Shown here piece by piece: positions 52,886 to 64,000 of a DNA stretch of 64,000 nt. The stretch lies in NCBI GenBank assembly GCA_963514005.1, contig OY740782.1:122636001-122700000 (forward strand). The letters are read 5' to 3'. The translations under genes and the position numbers were made by a program. Positions within the stretch are counted from its first letter, which is position 1, and each line of letters begins with the position of its first letter. The notes beneath the pieces were generated by a model. That model was not told the DNA's origin, searched no databases, and saw nothing but the letters and a program-made list of their open reading frames with translations. Origin of the DNA: Raja brachyura (taxonomy: Eukaryota).

Positions 52886-54357
52886 CCTAGAAATGTGTCA
52901 GTGGTTCTTGCTCAAGGTGTGGTTTGAAAGCTGACAACTAACTTCACGAATTAGAGAGTCGTTGGTTGAAAGGAGGATTAGGGTTAGGAAGGATGTGAAT
53001 GGAATTCAAACTTCGGAACTTGGGACCTTGGTTCCCGCCTTTGTCGATGCAAACTAAACCAATCCGATCGAAACTAATGCAACCCAAGGCTATTGTTTTA
53101 AGCTTGCGCTTTTTAAAAGTAGACAATGTTTATCATGAAATGGTGCATTGTCACAGATAATTGGAGAACGTACACAGCATAGTGTATTGGTGTAATATCC
53201 TTTATAAATCCATGGGGGGGGGGGGGGGGGGGGGGTATTAGCGGATTCAAGGCAATGGGATTGATGCAGGAAATAGCGTTGAAGTCAACGGTCTGCGTGA
53301 TGTTGACGAGGGGCCCGGGAGGCCGAATTGCTTCCCCGGGTCAGCGTTGTTGAGTTAAGCTGTTCTTATATTTGTGCAACCGGAAATACATTTACTTAAT
53401 GGTCATATTCAGATAAACTTTAGTGGCACGATAAAACTTTCTATGGACTGGATGGAATCTCTCCACAAAGAAAGGTAACGAAAAAGATCTGCCGTCTTGG
53501 AGCCATGTTTCTGCACAACAATATCCAGTTTGTTCAACGCGTTTCCGTACAACGCTGTAGCTGGTATTATTCAGCACCTGAATTGCAGTTGGAGAGAACA
53601 TGTTACAAGCATTTATTATCTTAACGGGAACATTCTCTGCTGTAATCCCCACGGCAAATGTACAGTAACAAAGGGGTCGTTTCAGAATGATATTCTGTAC
53701 TAAAATAAGAGTAATCATAGTAAATTGGCCGCTTGAAACGCGGAATAATCGTATTATCCGTAAAGAGTTTAACAAAATCACATTAAATAGTAATGATGGT
53801 CAGATTACGGGGGATGGAAATAACAGGACTTTAAGCAAATCCCTAAACATGGTTTAATTCAAAGCAAATTAGTGGGTCGCGAATTATTTGTTGTCTGCTT
53901 CTCTCCCCTCTTGCTATTCATATTTTAGAATTATATTCAATATTCATGATTTCCTGTAAATACCCGAACAAAAACAGCAAAAATATAAACTGACCAGAAC
54001 TTATTACATTAGGAGGTTGTAGTCAGCATAAGGAATTGTTCGAATAAAGTAGTTCAGGATTAATTTGCATTCTATTACGTTGAATTCTAACCGTGAAGCT
54101 GCCAGATACAGATTCAGCCTGGATTTCGCCTGTATCTGGATTGAGTAATCGTTTTTCATTTATTTAACTCTGTGAGTGAAACTGTCGCTGGAGATCAAAC
54201 AATTACTTCTTAACCACCTACATTCTGGAAATAGTTTGGTTTGGTTAAATGGGATCATATATGAACACTAAAAATAAACACAAAATACTGGAGTCAACAC
54301 AATATTTTCACTGTTCCTCGGTACACGTGACAATAAACTAAACTGAACTGAACTGAA

Positions 54358-57330
54358 CGAACTCAGCGGGTCAGGCAGCATCTCTGGGGAAAAGGAATCG
54401 GATGGAGTGCGTTCATCAGTCTGATTAAGCGTCTCAACCCGAAACGTCACCTATTCCTTTTCTCCAATGATGCTGCCCGTCCAGCCGAGTTACTCCAGCA
54501 TTTTGTGTCTATCTTCGGTGTAAACCACAATCTGCAGTTCCTTCTTACACACATGTGAGCACTAGTTAGAGTATTCCAACTTCTTGTGGGATAGTATGTC
54601 CAACAAAACCACGTCTCTACACTAAGAGTTTACATTGAGATTCAAAATTAATGTCTAATGTCCCTGTCTTAAAAATAATAACAATTGAATGATTTATCCA
54701 AGACAAGGATTCGCACTTAAAAATTGGGGAGAGTTGGCTGGGGTGGTTAACTTCCGAACTGCCCGTGCATTATGGTCATGTAGTCTCGGAGTTGCAGTCG
54801 CCGTCCAACAATGCGCCACTTTCCGCGCACAGCTCCCAGAAGTGCCACTATTTAACTTTGATCCTTTATTTAACATGCAGTATATCTTTGGGCGAAGCGG
54901 GGGTAGGCGAGGATAGGAGCTATTGACATTGGGCAAACGCATGATAAACTCAGACTTCCCATGTGATAAAGGTGACAAACTGAAACACCTTTTCTTCTGT
55001 AGTCGCGTGATTTCGGTAGTTATTATCTTATGTTTTTTTTCTTTATTGTGCATTATCTGTGCGTATTGTGTGCACGGGTACATTAAGCTGCTGCAAGTAA
55101 GATTTTAATTGTTCCGGTGTCAGTATATGTGATAATTGAATACTCTTGAATGGGTGATTCTGGGAGAAATTAAGGGCAGAAATGTCGATGAGAATCTGTA
55201 GTGGAGAGAGAAAGAAAGGGCCTTACTTGTACCAGGGTCATCTGGGATCCAAGGGCCAACAGAATCTTTTCCGTTTTGGTCGGGTAGGGGTTGTCTCGGT
55301 GTTTATAGAGCCATTGTTTCAAGGGTCGAGCCATATCCTGAAGAGCTTGTCGTTTGTGCCTAACTTTTCCGCCGCCCTGCCGAGAGCTGCAAGCAACGCA
55401 GAATAACAAATGAGAAATCGTCAGTCACCACTAAACAGACAAAAGTAGGACCCTGCTGAAGGCAACCAAAGCAACGAGTCAACTGATAACGGAAGCATTT
55501 TATATGCTGCACCAAGATAAAGTCTCACACAAAGCGCACCTCCCGCACTATGCCCCGCACATCATTCGTGTACATTGAATAGACCATGCTCGGCAAATTA
55601 GCAACACGCGTTGCAATCCACCGCGCGTGTGCATTGCACGCCTAGATTGTGCATTGTACAATACCCCCACAATATTCAGTTATTACTCATCACATAAATG
55701 TAAAGAACAGCAATTGTGATAATAGTACCTTGACAAAAAAAAATGCTGGAGTAACTCAGCGGACCAAGTTCGGCAGACTGAAGAAGGGTCTCGAACCGAA
55801 ACTAGACCCGAACCTATTCCTCTTCTCCAGAGATGCTGCCTGACCCGCTGAGTAACTCCAGCATTTTGTCTATCTTAGGTGTAAGCCAACACCCACAGTT
55901 CCTTCCTGCACATTATTCCTTCTTAAATGTTATTCCCTTGTCATGTACATAAATGTTATTCTCATCATGTATCTTTTCACTGCAAGTGGATCGAATGTAA
56001 TCATGTATTGGCTTTCTGCTGACTGGTTAGCACGAAACAAAAGGCTTTTCACTTTTCAGCTCGGTACATGTGACAATAAACTAAACAGAACTAAATTGAA
56101 ATTGAAATAAACTTTATGATAGAACCGCCTGGAGACATGTTTGAGGTGTGACCGCACATCGGTGAGATGTGCGTGTATGCGTCAGATAGGTTGTGTGTGT
56201 TGGGGGATGGGGAAAGTTGGAGGATGTTTCAAGCCCATCAGCTTTAATCGGGTCACTTCCACGTGAAACTGTATTTAGAATTCCCAGGTGTCTGTCCTGC
56301 TGAGTATTTCCAGCGTTTTCTGATTTGTTCCAGATTTCCAGCATTTGTAGTTTCTTGTTTGCTTTTCTATTAATCATTATGTGTCAAAGTAAGGTGCTGG
56401 ATCAACCATCAGAAATAGCCAATTGATAGCCAGCCATCCATCCACATAAATTCAAATCTCACATTATGTAAAGAAAATACTAACAGAACTTTCTTCTTTA
56501 ATCAAACTTGAGCCAATTCCCCCGATGAAGGCGCCTGTCGGACCTGACGGGAAAAATCCAAATCACCACAGCAATACATTCTCGCTTTAAATTAGAAAAT
56601 AGACTTAAACCGAACCCATTTATTGTTACGTAGAAACAAGGAATTGCAGATGCTGGTTTACAATAAAGATACAACGTGCTGGAGTGACTCAGAGGGTCAG
56701 AAGTCTGAGGAAGGGTCCCGACCCGAAGCGCCATCTATCCATGTGCTCCAGAGATGTTGCATGGTCCGCCGTAACTTCAGCACTTTGTGTCCATTTTATC
56801 GTCAGGAAGTTTGGTTTTTCTCTAATGATTTCGTACAGATTTAAAAAATGGGATTGGATGAACCCAAAATGCGCATCGTTTAATGAAAATAAATAGAACG
56901 GTAGATGCTGAGGATCTAAAAGAAATGTCTCAGCCGGAAGACAGACATTCAGCGGAGACTCTTTTAACTTTTGCTTGAAGGGTCACTGAAATTAGTATTA
57001 GTACCTCTACACGTCGTGGGTTCATGGCGCTTGTTGCAATCTATGACAATAGACTAATCCAAGTACATTCGTTGGAGGCGAAGTGTTTGTGAGGTTTCTC
57101 ACGGAATGACGAGGCTCAGTGGAAATGGGACTATCCCTGTCTTTTGGACGGTGCAGAACGATGCCAGGCCTAGGCATAACTCGGCTTCTGTCATTGTGTT
57201 TAAAGAAAGAAGGTAGGGTTTCAACCGGAAACATCACCTACTCCTTATCTCCAGAGATGCTGCCTGACCCGTTCAGTTATTTTGTGTCCATCTTCGGTGT
57301 AAACCAGCATCTGCAGTTCATCCCTACACA
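54358..57330. mobile_element. Several short PLE-derived copies in mkx introns (54358-54552, 55735-55912, 56628-56792, 57205-57330)
   Basis: Each carries GATGCTGCC...GAGTTACTCCAGCATTTTGTGTC and/or a CTGANGAAGGGTC..GACCCGAA variant; the span also includes coding exon 2. Confidence 0.7.
55227..55386 (-). CDS. mkx: MKX coding exon 2, N-terminal part of TALE homeodomain ([53 protein letters not shown]), 160 nt
   Basis: Acceptor TTGCTTGCAG|C, donor CAA|GTAAGG; TALE PYP motif; phase matches both flanking exons. Confidence 0.97.
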
Positions 57331-58844
57331 TTTGTTTTTGAAATTTGTGTTATATGTACAATGCATTTCACAACTTCAGGACATGTTAAAGTCGGTGTAG
57401 TTTTAGTGCACGCGACAATAATACACAAAATTGAAAAAAAACTAAATAAACATGTGAAATAAAATTTGCGTTTTGATAAAGGCACTGACATGGTCGCAGA
57501 CAGACATTTCCGTGTGTCGTTGAATGAGAAGTAAACGCCATCTCTAGGTCAATGCAATTGGGACGTAGATGCTGGAATGTTTCATTACGCGTGGTGCATT
57601 TATATGAATGTATGCGTATGAGATCGGCAAGGAGATTTGTTCAGTGTGAAGAGTCCGCCGCTGCTGGGGAAATGTGAGTGTATTCGAGACGACACCTGTA
57701 GATGTCGCTGCGAATCGTTGGGCCTGATGTTCAGTTGCTGCTGATCCTGGCCCTGATGGTTCCTCTGACGAAACATGTCCCTTTGAACATAGCCAGACTG
57801 TCGCGCCGTTACTAAACTTGCGCACTGCAACATATGCGACCCAAAACCACTGTCATCACATACGATATGTGTATCGTAATATTGCATAAGTAACGCGGGT
57901 AACTCTAACAGTGGATTTCTACATGCTTTTGACATTAACGTTAAGAGAATGAACTGTGCTATAAAACCAAAATAATATTCAAATTCTCCCGGAATCCATA
58001 ATGACGACCCTATAATAAAAACAGCAGGTAATTTTGATTTGATATGTTTTTTCGTTGGAACTGAAATATATATTACACAGATATAACAAAAATATTGCCA
58101 GATAACATTTATTTGCAAGCTTGTGTATGTTTATATAATATTTCACCGTACTTAAATTGTTTAAAGATTTTACAATACCACGTAGGGAAAGATGTTTACG
58201 TTTGTGGTCGACCACTGTGGAAAAGCTACACCAGCTAAATACATTCGAGCAGTTAAAATGTCAATGTTGGTTGAATTCTATTTTATTCCCCTTCTTTGCC
58301 TTATTTATGCAATGAGGCGTGAGCACTATTTTACGCGTCCAGTTCGGTGAGCTTTTAAATGAAAGGTACAACGTGGTTGACTATATACGTTTAGTTAGTT
58401 AGAATATAACAATTTCTAATAGTTCACATTCTTAAATTGATATGTCACCTCTGGTCTGTTCAGAATATTGTAATCATTTCCCCAAGCAGATAGTTTCACA
58501 CAGTTCACACTGAAGCAGTAAATTTGAAAAAAAAATTAAAAGGTTTCAAATGTCGTGCATTGGTTTACCCAAGTATAACAAGATAGTGTGCACATCTTGT
58601 TCTAGTTTCTCTACACGGTGAACGCGTTACTTTTTAGTTTGGGGAAGCGGGTGCCGTTGCACATGCCAAGATACATACAAAAACACGAACACCTCTCCGC
58701 CAATGTCGGTTTGCCCAAAGCCTATTTACAAGTGCAAGAGTGTCGTTCAGGTTCGCTCAGTCTATGTCCGCTTCCGCTAACACTTCTGCAGCCCGTCAAA
58801 TGTAATAATTTAATACAGATCTTATATTGTGAAGATGGTCGTAC

Positions 58845-59023
58845 CCTGACCTCCTGTGCCGCAGACCGCGTTGACTTCTGCTAGACGGGCTGTCCGGCAT
58901 CATTAGCTCCCGGTGCTGTTCCTCCATCACTTCGATGTACGTTCTGCTGTTCCTCTCCACCTCATTTGCCTTTTCTTCGAAAAGAACCTGGTTGGCAAAT
59001 TTATTGAAAACGATGGTGTTCAT
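58845..59023 (-). CDS. mkx: MKX coding exon 1 (MNTIVFNKFANQVLFEE...GLRHRRSG), 179 nt, ends phase 2
   Basis: ATG at 59023-59021 (context AAAAAGATGA); donor GG|GTACGA at 58844. The upstream acceptor TTTTTTGCCTTCAG| puts the exon start at ~59087, which implies an upstream non-coding exon. Confidence 0.93.
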
Positions 59024-59999
59024 CTTTTTGCACGCTCCGGGGCCACCGTCTGTTCTGTATAATGAATGGAAGGCCGACCCTGCTTCACTGAAGGCAAAAA
59101 AAAAATCAAAACAGATCATAGGTTAACATCAAACTCAAGGGGCGCAGTCCGGCATGTAAATGAAGACAAAGTACACTCTATGCACAAAGGAAGGGGTCGG
59201 CAGGTTTCTAGGGATAGAATGAAACACGGGTGAAAGGCCTTGCTGTTCATTATCGCCGGCAGATAAGAGTTGGTTTTCACACTCCGCCTTGTTTACAAAC
59301 CTCAAAATAGCGAACATAGATTTACAGATGAAACCGTTTACTGAGGAATTGCGTCTCGTTAATCGGCCTGATTTTCGCCCACTGAGTTTAGTACGCAAGG
59401 ATTAAATTGTTATCTCATCCAAATAGGAACCATTGATATAATTATCCCCAGCCCAATGCAAACTGGGGGGGGGGGGGGGGGGTGCGGTGCGAGCAACCTC
59501 AGTAAACGCATGTGACAAGTTAACTGAAGCCACTTGTTAGAACAACTCGGAGACACTAGAGGTTGCAGATGGTGAAATGTTGAGTAAAACACAGAATGAT
59601 TGATGAACTCAACGGGTCAACGCCGTCTATTCATGTTGCTCCCCAAATGCTGCCTGACTCGTTGAGTTCCTTCACCAAGTTGTGTATTTTGTTAGAACAA
59701 TGTTGAGGAAGATTTACATCCCGCCTATTTTGTTCTCTTTATCACAACAGATACACAGAGGGGTAAAAACTTGACTAGGGAGGGAAAAAAAGCAACTGAG
59801 TGTCCAGGGGTTTGAAGTGAAAAGTTTGGTCTCCGTCTATCTGCCACTGGCACATTTGAAGGACAACGCGAGCCTTGTAAACGTAGCAATAGAAACGCTA
59901 GTAATGATTAATGTTTCTTACGTTTGTGTTAGAACTGAACGCGGGGTTGACTTGGACAGAGCTTCCATTCAGAACGGATGATTAGATAAGAACATCTGG

Positions 60000-61100
60000 A
60001 CGAGGTTGAGGAGTATCACACACAAAGCGCACGGGCCACCGAGGTTGTGGGGAGAGTTTGCAATGTCCCCCAGTGTAGGCAGTGGATTGTAAGTACACAC
60101 CCCCTCTCCCCCCCCCCCCGGTTAGTTCCCAGACAGAGAGATGGTCCGACACGTGTCTCCTCCGCGAAGATTAGATAATGGTCCCGTTGTTTCGCAGCCT
60201 ATATTTTACCCGAGTCCCCCCCCCCCCCGCCCCCCGCCCCCCGCTGGTTACCCGCGCCCCCGTTTCACCCGAATTCGCTTTTGCCAGCTGATTTTTCTGT
60301 TCAGAATGGGGGTTGGATGGGCCAGCACTACGGGGATCCTTCCGGGTTGAAGGATTTAAAGCTTGTGTGTTATGGAGTAGTCTACGACTAATCTGTTACT
60401 AATCTTTAGCCCGCAGGCGGTCCCGCTGATCAGCCAGCCGGACCGAGAACTCCCCGTGAACATTCGCCAGCGCCGGGTCCGGGATCCAGCCAACAATTTG
60501 CCTTCGTCTCGTCCGTTACCACAACCAACCACCCACAACCACCGCCAGTCCCTGCCCAGACCCACTTTGCAAAATACAACATGTTCCCGAAGTGTTTTCT
60601 AAAATCCCCATCACATTCTGCAGAGAACAAGCATAGCGCCGAGGTAGTCGTGCACACTTACACTCCCAATCAATACTACCAAACAAAGCAGAAACGCGTT
60701 GACTTCACCTGGCTCTGGTTGGAAAGACCCGATCACAGCAGTAAAGCGATAAGAGCGAGAAGTAATCCAGCTCCTGTGTGCGCCACCATTCCCATTTCAC
60801 ATCGCTGTCAGTCAGACTGATCTGAAACCGCACGAACCACGCTCGCCTCTCTTCTATTTACCCTGATGATGGCCCTACCCCAGAACCTGAATAAACAGCG
60901 TCGCTCATGTTTCCCAGCCGCGCTGCCTAGTCTGCGAACATAGACTGAATGCGTTATCCATGTTCCAGGGCAGTGCAGCGAGAGGCTGGCGCTGCCTGCT
61001 TTACACCATCCTGTTCTGCCGCTCCTAAATATAGCGCGCTTATTTCACTTCCAGCAATAACATTTCCGTTATAAATAAAGTGACCTGGTGCATTTTCGCT
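60000..61100 (-). promoter_or_regulatory. CpG/GC-rich promoter and probable non-coding first exon of mkx
   Basis: High GC and CpG density just upstream of the first coding exon; candidate donors on the minus strand at 60708 (CAG|GTGAAG) and 60661 (GTAAGT); CTAAATATAG (MEF2 consensus, TATA-like) at 61025-61034. Confidence 0.55.
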
Positions 61101-61709
61101 TTATTTTTCTCTTAACAAGTGTATCACTGATAATATTTTAATCGGTGACTTGAAATGTTCAATAATATTTTCAAAGAAAAGCGCGAGGAATTACTCATTT
61201 GGTAGGTAATTGTTTACAATGCTTACAATTATGTTATTCTGTCTTTTTAGGCTTGCCACATTATAAACTTCCCGTAAATTCACATTTCCATCGATAGTTC
61301 TATTTTACTGACATGCTTATATTACTTTGTCCGATTTAAGCAACCCCACTGCATCTTTTTTTTTCCAAATATAAAAGATAAACTATATATTTGCGGAAAA
61401 GTAATGTTGATTATAAGAATGCACTGAAGTGCACACGCAGAATTTCGTTTCTATCCCTCCCCCCCCCCCCCCCCATTTAATCATTCAGCATGCACTATAC
61501 AGGTAGACCGGGATCTCCCAGACATGGTGAATTACCGGACTTTATTTCGATTAGATCGATTCTCTTGCTAGAAGATTGATTGCTGGAAAATAGGACTATC
61601 AGAGGAACTCCTGGCTTTCTGCGACATTTATAATCTACAGGAAGACACACGAATAAATCAGCAACCTGTTAGCTGGACCCGTTTCTGAGTTGATTCCAAT
61701 TTTTGATTA

Positions 61710-61898
61710 AGGAACAGCATCCATAATATATATTTTCGAAATCGATACATTTGATCAGTTGATCAAATGTATCGATTTCGAAATTATATATGAAGGATGC
61801 TGTTCTTGAAATATCACGCTACCGTTATATCCCGTTTGGTGAAGTATGCAGTGTTGCATTCTTCACAAAACGGGATATAACGGTAGCGTGATATCTCA
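61710..61898. repeat. Two adjacent long palindromes (hairpin 1: 61710-61807; hairpin 2: 61807-61898)
   Basis: Hairpin 1 has ~48-bp arms around a GT loop with a perfect 24-bp core. Hairpin 2 has 40-bp arms (61811-61850 / 61855-61894) with 2 mismatches and a GTGT loop. Confidence 0.95.
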
Positions 61899-63073
61899 CA
61901 TATTAATTAAAATACTCTTTTAATACTATCGAGCAAGCTAAATATTATACCAAGCCAGGCATAGTATAGCACAGTTCTATGAAACGGGATCATATTTTAA
62001 CATTACACAAGGTGAATAAATTATATTAGTTACCGCTGAAGACTACATTAAGGTAACCCATGATTACAATCTCCACGCTGAAAAGTGACCAGAACCTGGA
62101 GTTAATTCCAGTCCCCTTTATTGGCTTGTGTTGACAGTCCCGGTGGCACGACCGAAAATAATGCGATGAACACTCCTAATTCACCAAGTGTTGGCTGCAA
62201 GAGTTAATGTCACCTTTTCCTTTTACGGGTTGTTATTTAACTGGATTCGCCCTGTTGTCAAAACGATGGACGAATAAATGATGGAGTTTCCTGTGGGGCT
62301 GGGGTCTGTACACTGCTCGACACAGCCTGTCAGCAACTCAGTGGAATAATTGTAAACACAAGTGCGACACAAACTGTGTTAGAAGCGTTAGAAATAAAAA
62401 CAGAAACATTGTAATTATACATGGTCGATCTTTGACAAAACAAATGACATTTCTAATCTCCATCCCTTTTGCACTCATAACGCTGGGAACTAAAGTTTTT
62501 CGTAAACTTGATTATCTGAACCGTTTCAAAATCTGAAAGTTTAAACATCCCAGTAAAACATTGCGATTGTGTACATTAAGCAAAGGGATGAATCAAATCA
62601 AATACCAGACTCGCTGTGTATTTTACAGATATCTGGTCGTTTTCTGACATCAGGCCCTCGCTGATTCCCTTCAGCGGTGTTTCACTGTATCTGCCGCTTT
62701 ATTCGTCCGTTTTGTACGGTCTCACAACCTCTCGTGGCCGCTGTCGGTGAATTGTGTGAAACTTCTAACCACGGACACTAAACACAACCGCAGGACGCGC
62801 TCGTTGCAACCTATTCGAATTCAGTTTCTCGTTTCCAGCCCTCGTTTTATTGTGTTAATCTCGACTAATATTAGCACGAAGAATGGAGATGGACGCGATT
62901 CACGCGAATGTACTGCTTGACGCGTACTTTTATGAATGACCCGCAAAATAACCCTTCATCACAGAGTTTTTACCTTCAGTTAAAGCAGAGTGAAAGATAA
63001 TTTGAGGAACCTATATTAATTTGTTGAGACAAGGGTCTCATCGCGCCTGCTAGAGGGTATCGAGGCTTTGTAA

Positions 63074-63076
<3 letters not shown>

Positions 63077-63106
<30 letters not shown>
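63077..63106. repeat. (TA)n microsatellite
   Basis: Direct read. Confidence 0.95.
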
Positions 63107-63109
<3 letters not shown>

Positions 63110-64000
63110 CTAATATATATATTAGCTTCTGTCCAATACTTTTCATTACCAAGGGTTTCTAATTAAGTGGATATCATAGAACATGAAAACTTTCCATGTT
63201 GTCTCTAGGTATGACATTCGGACTCCGCGCTCAGATAAAATAGATGTCACGTAAGCAAGCCGTCCCCAAGCCGCGCAACTTGGCGTGTAGGAATCTCTGA
63301 GTGAACAGGATGGAGTGCGAACTGTGGTCTGAACTGGAAGTTGGGCAATGTTTGCGGTTGAATTCCATTCGGTTTAACTCAATTTGGTTGTGTTTCAACA
63401 ACAAAAAAAACATGCATCAATTAAATGCCAATAGTGTTTGTTTTACGGACTAATTAACCATAATCAGAGAGCTAAATGAAAACCTGTCTGGCTCGTCGCG
63501 AGCAATTTATCGGCTGCGCTCACGGAAAATGGCAAAGCCGCCTTGGTTATGTGCGCAAAATTAAACCCCCAGCACGAACTCGGGTAGGTGAAACCGCGCT
63601 GTATTTATACCGACGGCTCTCTTTTGCGTGCAGTGGAAGGTTTTTAGTGCTGTTGTTAACAACATGAATGGCATTTTCTCCATAGCCTCATCCGCCAGGA
63701 TACAATATTTGTTTCACTCACAAACATGAACGCGATCGTGCGCGCCACCGATCCTTTTGCAGCCACGACGTTTAGAAATAAACGGCAGGACTTATTAAAA
63801 CTCATAACGTTCTATAGATTTATTGGATAGGCAGCGAGGCTATTTGGTGCAGAAATGTTCGACATGGAAGCTCCTGATAAGATGACACAAACAAATAATA
63901 TTTGTAATCCTAAACCTTCAGTGATAAACGGTCTGGGATGAAGAGAGCAAGGTGTATTGAGATGGATTACTGTAATAGACAAGACTTATCACACATGTTG

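Larger units (their letters stand above)
18820..60900 (-). other. mkx: Mohawk homeobox gene locus (approximate transcription unit; 5' non-coding exon and TSS uncertain)
   Basis: Six spliced coding exons join into a 347-aa ORF matching vertebrate MKX as recalled: MNTIVFNK N-terminus, TALE homeodomain ...[84 protein letters not shown]. Confidence 0.95.

Noticed and set aside
54101-54139. Small hairpin CCAGATACAG...CTGTATCTGG
   Set aside because: A 10-bp stem is too short for a pre-miRNA and is within chance expectation.
53392-55083. Two 129-aa minus-strand ORFs
   Set aside because: Non-ATG or weak starts, no domain similarity, partly overlapping repeat tails.
57544-58215. 172-aa and neighbouring ORFs in the mkx intron
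   Set aside because: No homology signal or convincing splice context; composition looks non-coding.
59024-59119. N-terminal extension of MKX suggested by the ORF track (MICFDFFF...)
   Set aside because: The upstream ATG lies within the intron polypyrimidine tract, before the acceptor at 59088; the conserved start is MNTIVF at 59023.
62050-62400. Possible ancient SINE ending in GAAGCGTTAGAAATAAAAA
   Set aside because: Too diverged to assign without a profile search; no clear A/B boxes or TSD.

Overview
Vertebrate genomic DNA, almost certainly from a cartilaginous fish (probably a skate or ray), judged from HE1-type V-SINEs, CR1, Rex1/Babar, L1 and Penelope-like relics and long G/C homopolymers. 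The only protein-coding gene I can support is the Mohawk homeobox gene (mkx, TALE class) on the minus strand. It has six coding exons (59023-58845, 55386-55227, 50010-49857, 44102-43773, 21711-21678, 21594-21408), all GT-AG and phase-compatible, totalling 1044 nt (347 aa + stop). It has a probable ~2.6 kb 3' UTR ending near AATAAA at 18835-18840 and a CpG-rich 5' region at ~60-61 kb. The rest is intron or intergenic DNA full of degraded mobile elements. The most notable extras are: (1) an abundant Penelope-derived short repeat carrying a minimal hammerhead-ribozyme core (CUGAAGA-A-stemII-GAAACGUH), often in fold-back copies; (2) two abutting ~90-100 nt near-perfect hairpins about 0.7 kb upstream of the CpG-rich promoter region; (3) a ~1.2 kb segment bounded by a long inverted repeat downstream of the gene; (4) non-autonomous DNA transposons with visible TIRs/TSDs; and (5) candidate enhancers and a candidate poison exon. 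TE boundaries are approximate, and family assignments come from recalled consensus motifs, not database searches.
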